Part shown: positions 56,496 to 64,000 of the stretch, in pieces
How positions within the stretch are numbered: the first letter of the stretch is position 1
How the letters are laid out: the number at the start of each line of letters is the position of its first letter
Notes under the pieces: generated by a model
Seen by the model: the letters and a program-made list of their open reading frames with translations, nothing else
Told to the model about the DNA's origin: nothing
Databases searched by the model: none
Made by a program: the position numbers and the translations under genes
Source of the DNA: an uncultured virus (IMG/VR IMGVR_UViG_3300030330_003102)
Lineage: Duplodnaviria > Heunggongvirae > Uroviricota > Caudoviricetes
Length of the DNA: 64,000 nt
Virus record (IMG/VR): IMGVR_UViG_3300030330_003102
Strand: one strand, 5' to 3'

Positions 56496-57149
56496 ATGAG
56501 CGACCTACTAGACCGCATCGAACAGAAGAAAGCAGACATGAGAGAAGCCCGTGCAGGTATGAAGCAGGGCATCAAATACTCCTCGCGCTCGCTAGGAGGA
56601 CACACCACGCAGTACCGCAAACTGTGCCGCGAGGCGGGCATTCCAGTTGAGATAACCAAGATTGTCCAAGCAGAGGAGACACCGGCCCCGACCATCGGCA
56701 AGCCCTGCCGCTACAAGGCGTGCAAGGGACGCAATCACAAGTTGCACGGCGAAAAATGCCCGGTAGCATCAGCGAGAGGCAAAACCGGCGGACTGAACGG
56801 CGATGGAGAAGCCAAGCAACGCTTGGGAAGCACGAACGGAAACTTTAGGGCTGTTAGGCCGTGTGGCTGTCCCATGAGAGCGCACAAGCCCGACTGTGAA
56901 CACGCTAGACCGGCCAACCGCAAGGACTTCGGCACTACGGCGAAAAAGGTCAGACAGGTTCTCAATATCCAGTCAATCTCATGGCAGAGCAAGGCTCTCA
57001 GCGTGGGTGCAGTTGCACACATGATGAGAGGTGTCACAGGCGTCTGCTCAGGTTGCAAAGAATCAATCCCGGCTGTACAGGCCGTCAAGGTTCACCCTGA
57101 CGACATCATGCAGAATCCAGCACGGGTCATCTGCGGAGGGTGTGAGTGA
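56496..57149 (+). CDS. Basic Cys/His-rich putative nucleic-acid-binding protein
   Basis: C..C..H..C, CGC..H..C, CSGC...CGGC; promoter CCTTTAAGTACC. Confidence 0.75.
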   Translation: MSDLLDRIEQKKADMREARAGMKQGIKYSSRSLGGHTTQYRKLCREAGIPVEITKIVQAEETPAPTIGKPCRYKACKGRNHKLHGEKCPVASARGKTGGLNGDGEAKQRLGSTNGNFRAVRPCGCPMRAHKPDCEHARPANRKDFGTTAKKVRQVLNIQSISWQSKALSVGAVAHMMRGVTGVCSGCKESIPAVQAVKVHPDDIMQNPARVICGGCE

Positions 57150-57202
57150 CGCTTGCGAGGCACGAACACAACGATAATAAACTGAGGAGTAGTGGAAAAA
57201 AT

Positions 57203-57421
57203 ATGAGCAATTGGGAGAGAATAATGGCTGGCGCATACATTGACGGCGGCTGGATGATAATTAGCGAAAGCACGGTGGGCGTTGATGCCTACGGCTATGA
57301 AGCACCCGAAGCAAAGCATGACTGGGTCATCTTTCAAGGCGGAGAACACATTGGTGATAAGCCCACACTCGCAGAAGCGAAGAAGTATGCTGACGCGCAT
57401 TACCTTCTGTGGCCGTTCTGA
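57203..57421 (+). CDS. Hypothetical protein
   Basis: Start placed by the upstream element. Confidence 0.65.
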   Translation: MSNWERIMAGAYIDGGWMIISESTVGVDAYGYEAPEAKHDWVIFQGGEHIGDKPTLAEAKKYADAHYLLWPF

Positions 57422-57477
57422 TGACGCTTGCGAGACACGAAGGGAACAATTAAAAGGAACGACGGAGAGGAGAAAAT

Positions 57478-57657
57478 ATGGCAATAGCACTAATAGAAAT
57501 GACGATAGACTACAACACACCGGCAGAGGAGTTTGACGCTTTAGGCGACAAGTACCCTACGGGAGAGTACAGAGAGGAAACCGGAACCTACTGGTTCAGG
57601 GTGACTATCACAGGAGACTCTACCAACGGTGTGAAACTGACATGGTTCAAGGAGTGA
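57478..57657 (+). CDS. 59-aa protein (not in ORF track)
   Basis: MAIALIEMTIDY...WFKE; SD GAGGAG; upstream element. Confidence 0.7.
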   Translation: MAIALIEMTIDYNTPAEEFDALGDKYPTGEYREETGTYWFRVTITGDSTNGVKLTWFKE

Positions 57658-57669
57658 GAAGGTGAGCCG

Positions 57670-58041
57670 ATGAGTATTCCTGAGCGACTATCCCACCTGA
57701 ATGACTGGTTTGCCGAGGGCATACTATTACAGGAAAAATACCTTGAGGAAATAGATGAACTAGAGGTGTGGGACTTCACCCACAACCTACTAGGCAGGGT
57801 GGCTTACAATGCTCTGTACACCGTTGCTAGAGAGGAAGGTCTAACGACCCATGAGGCGGCAGAGTTCTGTACTAGCAAGTGGATAAGACATCATGAGGAG
57901 TACCTACAGGCTATCATCACACAGGCTATACAAGCGAGAGGACAGGCACGGAAGGCCGGTGACGACGGAGAAGCAAACTTCTTTGCCTACCTAGACTCCT
58001 ACCGCAACTCCTTCGACGAAGCGGAGAGGTGTTCTGTATGA
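57670..58041 (+). CDS. Hypothetical protein
   Basis: SD AGGTGA. Confidence 0.7.
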   Translation: MSIPERLSHLNDWFAEGILLQEKYLEEIDELEVWDFTHNLLGRVAYNALYTVAREEGLTTHEAAEFCTSKWIRHHEEYLQAIITQAIQARGQARKAGDDGEANFFAYLDSYRNSFDEAERCSV

Positions 58042-58160
58042 CTGAGCGAATATCCAATGCTGAATACTGGTTATCACCAATCGCCTTCAAGAAGGAGAAT
58101 CAACGACGCTTGCGAGACAGGAACACAAAGTATAATAGCGAGATAGACAGAGGAGATAAT

Positions 58161-58457
58161 ATGACAACAGAGACACAACCCGAAACACCAGCAGACCTGT
58201 ACAGAGTTAGGTTGCAATACCACCACCTGACTAAAGCACAGGTAGAGAAGTTGATGATGGTTCTACACGACAGCCCCTTTGGGATGCCTAAGACACACGA
58301 CCAATACCCTCAGATGGCTAATATGGAGTGCCAAATATGCCCACCTGTGTACGAAACCGCAGAAGAAGTAGAATGGGACTTTGACCCTAGAGGAGACGAG
58401 CAAATCCAAATACAGATAGTGACACACGATGGAATCAACCCAGTAGAGGAGGAGTAG
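58161..58457 (+). CDS. Hypothetical protein
   Basis: Start MTTETQ placed by the upstream element and SD. Confidence 0.65.
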   Translation: MTTETQPETPADLYRVRLQYHHLTKAQVEKLMMVLHDSPFGMPKTHDQYPQMANMECQICPPVYETAEEVEWDFDPRGDEQIQIQIVTHDGINPVEEE

Positions 58458-58459
58458 AT

Positions 58460-58684
58460 ATGACGGGGTATATCCACTACAAGAACAAGCACAACGGACG
58501 AATCGTTTCCCTAGTGGAGACTAAGATAACCGACACAGGCAATCAGATACACAAACTGAAAGACCTCAATGACGGTGTTTCAAACTGGACTTCTAACTAC
58601 GACCTCCATGAGCATTGGGAGTCCTATACTGACGCTTGCGACACACATTCCAAAACTTCAAATACAAGTGAGGAGGAGGAGTAA
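58460..58684 (+). CDS. Hypothetical protein
   Basis: SD GAGGAG. Confidence 0.55.
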   Translation: MTGYIHYKNKHNGRIVSLVETKITDTGNQIHKLKDLNDGVSNWTSNYDLHEHWESYTDACDTHSKTSNTSEEEE

Positions 58685-58686
58685 AT

Positions 58687-59672
58687 ATGACAGGAAACAT
58701 AATGCCAGCATACGCCCTACTAGGGCAAGAAGCAAAAGGAACGACAGCCGAGGAAGTCCTCGCTAACGCGGGACTGGACTTTGAGGTAGCACGCGCTCCG
58801 TCGGGGTATATTGACCCTAAGACTAATGAGTTTGTGAACCACAGAGGTCACAGTATCACCTACCGTACAGACACCAATCAATGCTTGGGTCATGTCGGCG
58901 GTACTTATCAGGTAGTACAGAACATAGACGCACTAAAGGTCTTTGACCGGATAGTGGGTGAAGGTAATGTAGAGTATGACCGAATCGGAATGATAGACGG
59001 TGGCCGCAAGATGTTCGCCAGCATGAAGTTGAACGAAGGGTTCAGCATCGCTGGTTGGGACGATGTTGACCAGTACCTCTACATGATAACAAGTCACGAC
59101 GGCTCTACTGGCGTGCGCTACATCCCTGCTAATGTCCGCATCGGATGCACTAACCAGTTTGCCTACCTAGAGTCCATGCTCAAGGAAGCGGGCATCAACC
59201 CACGCATCCTATCTAGCCGACATTCAAGGCTAGTTGACCAGCGCATTGACGAGGCTATCGCGGCCCTGAAAGTCACAGACCAACTCAACGAGCAGTTCTC
59301 ACACAGAGCCGCCGAGTTGATGCAGGTCGAACTGGATGTAGCAGGTAGAACCGAGTTCTACATTGACGCTATGGGCCTCAAGACCGACGAGAAGTTGGTG
59401 GATAAGGCTGACAACCCCTTCGGCCTCACTACACGCGGCAACAACACACTAGACCGCCTGTTTGAGTTGGAGGAGGCAGACACCAACACGACTAACGGAA
59501 TGGCTGGCTCGGCTTGGGCCTCCTTCAATGTCGTCACCGAGTACCTTGACCACGCATGGGTCTATGACCGCAAGGGCGAGAAGGTCAATGAGAAGCGCGT
59601 AGAGAGCGCACTACTCGGCACAGGCATGAGGACTAAGGACAGGGCATGGCGAGCCGCCGCACGCCTTGTCGC
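58687..59672 (+). CDS. DUF932-like protein; 3' end falls in the N gap
   Basis: AGLDFEV, LG.VG..YQVVQN, GGRKMF, SHDGS, C.NQ, AW..FN.VTEY.DH. Confidence 0.8.
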
Positions 59673-59756
59673 NNNNNNNNNNAGGAGGTTAAAAGAGGTT
59701 CGACACGGAGGCCCGTCGTATATGCGGCTGACGATTCATCGTGCTTCCTCCCTCCC

Positions 59757-59942
59757 CCACCTATATTCACAGTAAAAATAACATTCACATAAGGAGGGCA
59801 GGGAGTTAAACAGGCCGAAAAGATGTATGTTGAGAGTCGTACTATCCTTGTTCTTAGGGATGCTTTCTGTTTGTGTAAACTTACGACATATCATCAGAAA
59901 TCTAATTGCCTCTCCCTCCCTCCACCTATATTCACAGTAAAA
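59757..59942 (+). repeat. 21-bp direct repeat CCACCTATATTCACAGTAAAA, two copies
   Basis: Copies at 59757 and 59922, both preceded by C-rich CCTCC-type tracts. Confidence 0.8.
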
Positions 59943-59956
59943 GTAAGGTGAAAAAA

Positions 59957-60445
59957 ATGAGTACCGGAGACATGAAAAGAGACAAGTGGTGGAGGAGGAA
60001 GATAGCAAACAGGACTATCTCATTTGAGGACAGCGCAGGGCTACTACCTATGGCCGAAGGCGGTTGGGCAGAGCGACGCTGTGTGCTTGACGACCCAAGC
60101 ATAACCTGCGTAGATAGGAGGACTTTGGTTGCTCCTAAGTGCAAGTGTAAGAGTACACGCGGAAGAAAAATGAAACTATTACTTTCACCGGAAACTTATT
60201 TTCGCCAGTTCATCGCAACAGGCTCATGGGTACAAATCCGTAGGGTACAGGGATGGCTCTGTACCAACTGTGGTCGTATCGAGGAGCATGGTTGGGGCAG
60301 AGTGGGCGTAGTAGCGGCGCGTGGAAGGGTCACGGATATGCTCTACGAGAATGCGAGTTTGGTTCCCGACGAGTTGGCTCACCTGATACCGGAGGACGCT
60401 GACGAGTGGTTCAATCTCAACCCTATGGAGACACAGAATGAGTAA
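59957..60445 (+). CDS. Hypothetical zinc-binding protein
   Basis: SD AGGTGA; CKC...CTNC. Confidence 0.7.
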   Translation: MSTGDMKRDKWWRRKIANRTISFEDSAGLLPMAEGGWAERRCVLDDPSITCVDRRTLVAPKCKCKSTRGRKMKLLLSPETYFRQFIATGSWVQIRRVQGWLCTNCGRIEEHGWGRVGVVAARGRVTDMLYENASLVPDELAHLIPEDADEWFNLNPMETQNE

Positions 60446-60559
60446 TCGTTGTTCAAATCCGTCGCACGGACGCTTGGTCGGAGAGGGCCGATGTAGAATC
60501 TGCGACGCTTCCGAAGCACGAAAGAAAACTATAAAAATAAAGGACGAGGAGGAGTAAAT

Positions 60560-61240
60560 ATGACGAACGAATGGAGCCACTATGTAGGCGACCCCTGCTA
60601 TGTGATAGACGATGACCGATGGAGCGACTTCTGTGATGCTCTATGGGCTGAACAACACCGAAGAAAGACGGAGTTTGAGGAGAGAACAGGAAAGGAAATC
60701 AGCGCCTACTCCTTTTACCCCGTCATCTTAGACTGGGAATACAAGGACGAGGACGGCGACACTAACATAGCCGAAGTCGAGGTACATAACAGTCCCTTTG
60801 GCGACGGCTGTTGGGGCTTCGGTGACACCGTGAGAGGTATGACAGGATGGGTGGCCGGAACGGAGTTGGGCGTTGATGCCGGACTCCTTGCCGTCGTGCC
60901 AAGAGAAGCCGTAGAGCGAGATAACATGGGTGATGCTGAACACTTAGGCATCCTGTTTAACTGCTATCCCGACCTTGAAACCGGAGAAAACTTGGCCGGT
61001 CATGTTCTGTTAGATGGGTTTCATCCTGACGGCTACATGGAATGCGACGACTGTGGCGAGGCCACAGACGAAGGCAATATGTGTTGGTGTGACAATTGTG
61101 GAGCATCCTCTTGTTCCTCCTGTTGGGGTTCCTGTGGTTGCTCTGAGTGTGAGGACTGTGGTAGTTACTACGAAGAAAGATACAGTCACTACGACTATAT
61201 ATGCAACGACTGTGGAGAACTAAGAGAGGAGGAGGAGTAA
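60560..61240 (+). CDS. Acidic protein with YVGDPCY/VDAG motifs and Cys-rich C-terminus
   Basis: GDPCY...GVDAG pattern; multiple CxxC. Confidence 0.75.
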   Translation: MTNEWSHYVGDPCYVIDDDRWSDFCDALWAEQHRRKTEFEERTGKEISAYSFYPVILDWEYKDEDGDTNIAEVEVHNSPFGDGCWGFGDTVRGMTGWVAGTELGVDAGLLAVVPREAVERDNMGDAEHLGILFNCYPDLETGENLAGHVLLDGFHPDGYMECDDCGEATDEGNMCWCDNCGASSCSSCWGSCGCSECEDCGSYYEERYSHYDYICNDCGELREEEE

Positions 61241-61242
61241 GC

Positions 61243-61473
61243 ATGGGTTGGGAGGTACTAATTAACGACTCATGGAGGTTTAGGTTTTCCTTTTTCTGTA
61301 ATACTATTGACCGAGCCTTTGGTGATGTTTTCTACCTTGACTGTGGGAGTATTGAGGAATTTTATGAGGTATGGGCAGAATTGAGCCTACCCGACCCAAG
61401 ACGCATGACCGCTGACGAAAGGTGGGAAGCGATAGAAAAAATGCGTGCGTACATAGAGGGGGAAGAAGAATGA
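61243..61473 (+). CDS. Hypothetical protein
   Basis: SD GGAGGAG before MGWEV. Confidence 0.6.
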   Translation: MGWEVLINDSWRFRFSFFCNTIDRAFGDVFYLDCGSIEEFYEVWAELSLPDPRRMTADERWEAIEKMRAYIEGEEE

Positions 61474-61763
61474 GTGATAAGGAGTACCTTAACGACCACT
61501 ACCACGACCGACTCCATGAGGAGGCTATCGCTACCTGCGAGCATGAGGACTACACAATCACTAGCATAGACAATGTAAGGACTCACGACCTGAGAGGACA
61601 CAAGATGAAAGAGCCTGTGGTCGAGGTCGAAGTGACCTGTGACTTTTGCGGTAAAACTAACTATGGCGAACTACCCCTTGAACAAGTGCTTGACCTTCTC
61701 AACAACTTTCTATATGACTATCGGCTGAACTGCACAATCCAAGACGACGGAGCGTGGGGCTAA
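61470..61763 (+). CDS. Hypothetical protein
   Basis: ATGA-coupled; CEH...CDFC. Confidence 0.6.
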   Translation: MSDKEYLNDHYHDRLHEEAIATCEHEDYTITSIDNVRTHDLRGHKMKEPVVEVEVTCDFCGKTNYGELPLEQVLDLLNNFLYDYRLNCTIQDDGAWG

Positions 61764-61924
61764 TGGCGACCAAGAGGCAAAGAGCAGCGCAACGGTGGCG
61801 CTACAATCAGAAGTATAAATCGAGAGTCAAATCCGGTGAGAAGAATAGCCGTAAAAGTAAGTGAGTAATAACGCTTGCGACACAGGAACGAAAACCCTAA
61901 AAGCAAACACCTCTAGGACTAATT

Positions 61925-62146
61925 ATGAGAAGGAGCATGAAACAGACGCTACACTTTGCTGATTGTAAGAGATGTGGTATCGCTGAATGGATAACCGTAA
62001 ATGGAAGTATAATCGGAGACATACGCTTTGAAGGCCAAAAGTATGAGCCGGAAGAAATATGCACAGAGTGTGCGTCAGAGTTGATAGACAAAATAGTAAA
62101 TAGATGGATGACAAATAGAGGATATACAGAGGAGGACAGAGAATGA
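61925..62146 (+). CDS. Small zinc-finger protein
   Basis: CKRC...CTEC; upstream element. Confidence 0.6.
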   Translation: MRRSMKQTLHFADCKRCGIAEWITVNGSIIGDIRFEGQKYEPEEICTECASELIDKIVNRWMTNRGYTEEDRE

Positions 62147-62385
62147 GTAAATTATCAGGAGCAATCCAACGACTACAAGACCTACAAGACGAACTACAAC
62201 AGTTAGAAGAAACACGCGACGCTATCTATGTGGCGTTAGACGCGATAGAAAACGCCGACTGTGCTTTCAGTAGCACCGGACTCGGTCAAGACCTGTCGCA
62301 TCATGCGTCAATGGAGATAGAAGAATCTCTCTGCATGGTTGATGAACGAATCGAGGAAATAGAAGGGGCGGCTGAACAACTATGA
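62143..62385 (+). CDS. Acidic coiled-coil protein
   Basis: ATGA-coupled. Confidence 0.65.
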   Translation: MSKLSGAIQRLQDLQDELQQLEETRDAIYVALDAIENADCAFSSTGLGQDLSHHASMEIEESLCMVDERIEEIEGAAEQL

Positions 62386-62609
62386 GAGCAAAGACCGTTC
62401 CTCATGTTGAATACGAAATCTTCAATCTGATACTTGACGAGATAGATATTTCTATGCTAAAAGAACAGATGTGTCCGACGGGAGATGATGTCGCACTTAC
62501 TCGCTTTGAGAAGGGCGCGGCATCGGCGGCACAACTGATACAGAATCTAATCGAGAGGCGTAAGCACAGGCTACCTCACGACCACTTGGACTACGAGGTG
62601 AAGGAATGA
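62382..62609 (+). CDS. Hypothetical protein
   Basis: ATGA-coupled. Confidence 0.65.
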   Translation: MRAKTVPHVEYEIFNLILDEIDISMLKEQMCPTGDDVALTRFEKGAASAAQLIQNLIERRKHRLPHDHLDYEVKE

Positions 62610-62875
62610 CTAAGCACGAAGGAATGATGAAGCACATCTCACGCGGCAGACGCAACAATCGGGGGAGACTAGTCTTCGACAGAATCTGTGGTACTCCTGT
62701 CTCTGAAAAGGGCGAGTATGTATCTGATGAGGAGTGGAGCAAATTACCTGAGTGTCCTGAATGTTTTGGTAAAAATAACTTCACGCTTGCACCACAAGAA
62801 CCCAAAGTAGATAAGTGTGAAGCACAACCGAAAATCATAACACAGGGTCTGTACCTGCGACAATACTTGGAGTGA
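62606..62875 (+). CDS. Hypothetical protein with H..C...CPEC
   Basis: ATGA-coupled. Confidence 0.55.
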   Translation: MTKHEGMMKHISRGRRNNRGRLVFDRICGTPVSEKGEYVSDEEWSKLPECPECFGKNNFTLAPQEPKVDKCEAQPKIITQGLYLRQYLE

Positions 62876-62879
62876 AAAA

Positions 62880-63074
62880 ATGTACAAAAAAGAATGGATA
62901 GAATACTACGAGTTCCTTGAGATGCTAAGGCAATCGGGAGCAACGAATATGTTTGGTGCGGCTCCGTATCTTGAAAAACACATGGGTCTTGATAGGAAAG
63001 AGGCACGCGCCGTGTTAAACTCATGGATGGAGAACTACGACGCACTATTAGAGGACGGGGTGATAGTACGGTGA
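62880..63074 (+). CDS. Hypothetical protein with LR.SG.TNMFGAAPYL motif
   Basis: Motif I recall from small phage proteins. Confidence 0.7.
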   Translation: MYKKEWIEYYEFLEMLRQSGATNMFGAAPYLEKHMGLDRKEARAVLNSWMENYDALLEDGVIVR

Positions 63075-63394
63075 CTAGAAGAAAGTATCGCGCAATCAAG
63101 GGCTTCACAGTCAAGGGTTGGTGGCAGTTGGCTAGTGCGGCCCGCTACCTACAAGATGTCGGGGAAGCGACTTCACGCGAAATCGTAGAACACGCAAGAG
63201 CGAAAAATGGTTCACGGTTGGGTTTGACGGTAATGGAGATGTCGTCCCGTATGGCTAAACACAACTCGTTTAAGAGCAGAAAGGTGGACAGAAACAAAGC
63301 AACTCCTGTCAGGTGGTCACTAGCCAACGACAACATTTTCTTAGAGAATCCTAACGATAAAAATACTCGCGTAAAGAAGGAGTGGAAAGAATGA
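63071..63394 (+). CDS. Putative winged-helix DNA-binding protein
   Basis: GTGA-coupled; ATSREIV...helix...W hairpin, basic. Confidence 0.55.
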   Translation: MTRRKYRAIKGFTVKGWWQLASAARYLQDVGEATSREIVEHARAKNGSRLGLTVMEMSSRMAKHNSFKSRKVDRNKATPVRWSLANDNIFLENPNDKNTRVKKEWKE

Positions 63395-63594
63395 GTGATA
63401 CAAAGTGGATATTGTTCGCCAAGAGGTCATCGAGAGATAACTGCATAGGTAAAGGTAGAATCCTTGACTGTCGGCTAAATAAAAGAGGAGTGGAGTTTGT
63501 GGAAGGGTTTTTGTTGGAAATAGACATGACGCTAGACGGTGTTAGGTTTGCCGGTACTTTAGCACCAGTATGCAAACAGGATGAGGAGGAGTAG
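63391..63594 (+). CDS. Hypothetical protein
   Basis: ATGA-coupled. Confidence 0.5.
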   Translation: MSDTKWILFAKRSSRDNCIGKGRILDCRLNKRGVEFVEGFLLEIDMTLDGVRFAGTLAPVCKQDEEE

Positions 63595-63595
63595 T

Positions 63596-63850
63596 ATGAG
63601 CAGACCAATAACAGTCTTAGAACTGTCAGAGGCGTTAGATAAAATGCTACAAGAAGGAAAGGGTGACTACCCTATCTGCGTTGCTTTCCGTTGGAAGGGC
63701 GACACCGTTATGTCCGACATCACATCATGGTGTCTTAACGGTAATAGTATTCAACTAAACGAGGAGGACTTTATGCGCCATGCGACACTCTTGAATGAGT
63801 TAGGGTATGATACAAGCGTCATAAGCGGAATACCTACAAAGGATAGGTAA
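63596..63850 (+). CDS. Hypothetical protein
   Basis: SD GAGGAG before MSRPITV. Confidence 0.6.
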   Translation: MSRPITVLELSEALDKMLQEGKGDYPICVAFRWKGDTVMSDITSWCLNGNSIQLNEEDFMRHATLLNELGYDTSVISGIPTKDR

Positions 63851-64000
63851 GACAAATGAAAACTTGTAGCGTGTGTAGGGGCCGAGGATTCACAGTAGTT
63901 TCTGCCGCTTGCGGAGAGAAAGAAATCGAACAATGTATGTGGTGTAAGTATGAGTAAGTTTGAGGAAAAAGTAATAGAAAAAATCATGGAGCGAGCCAAA

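Larger units (their letters stand above)
57149..61880 (+). promoter_or_regulatory. Dispersed upstream element ACGCTTGCGA, 6 positioned copies
   Basis: Copies at 57149, 57424, 58106, 58632, 60505 (ACGCTTCCGA) and 61871, each 54-55 nt before an ATG. Confidence 0.85.

Noticed and set aside
59673..59775. C-terminal extension of the DUF932-like ORF
   Set aside because: Read through a 10-N gap of uncertain true length

Overview
This window covers most or a large part of a tailed (siphovirus-like) dsDNA virus genome that infects an archaeon. It is most consistent with a magrovirus, a virus of Marine Group II Poseidoniales; this is inferred from gene content, not from a database search. It has five modules. 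(1) 0.7-12.6 kb (+), archaeal-type replication and repair: RFC, SSB-like, GroES/GroEL, RecA-fold ATPase, PCNA-like, PolB, Cas4-like nuclease, primase, XPF. (2) 12.6-46.3 kb (-), virion: large tail protein, tape measure, tail chaperones, tail tube, 2OG-Fe oxygenase, a 2865-aa collagen-like fibre, capsid, protease, portal. (3) 46.6-49.9 kb (+), phosphoesterase and terminase. (4) 50.2-56.45 kb, an unusual array of about 11 small leftward transcription units, each with its own TATA promoter, embedded in roughly 60 copies (manual count) of (A)ACTACATAAC. Two units encode no protein. They appear to be paralogous ~235-240 nt structured RNAs with several compensatory base changes between the copies, and I cannot assign them to a known family. 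(5) 56.5-64 kb (+), small putative early genes, six of which have ACGCTTGCGA (or a 1-mismatch variant) 54-55 nt upstream of the ATG. The cassette array with its RNA pair is the best candidate for an undescribed system. All calls come from reading motifs by eye. Two 10-N gaps lie at 49449-49458 and 59673-59682.
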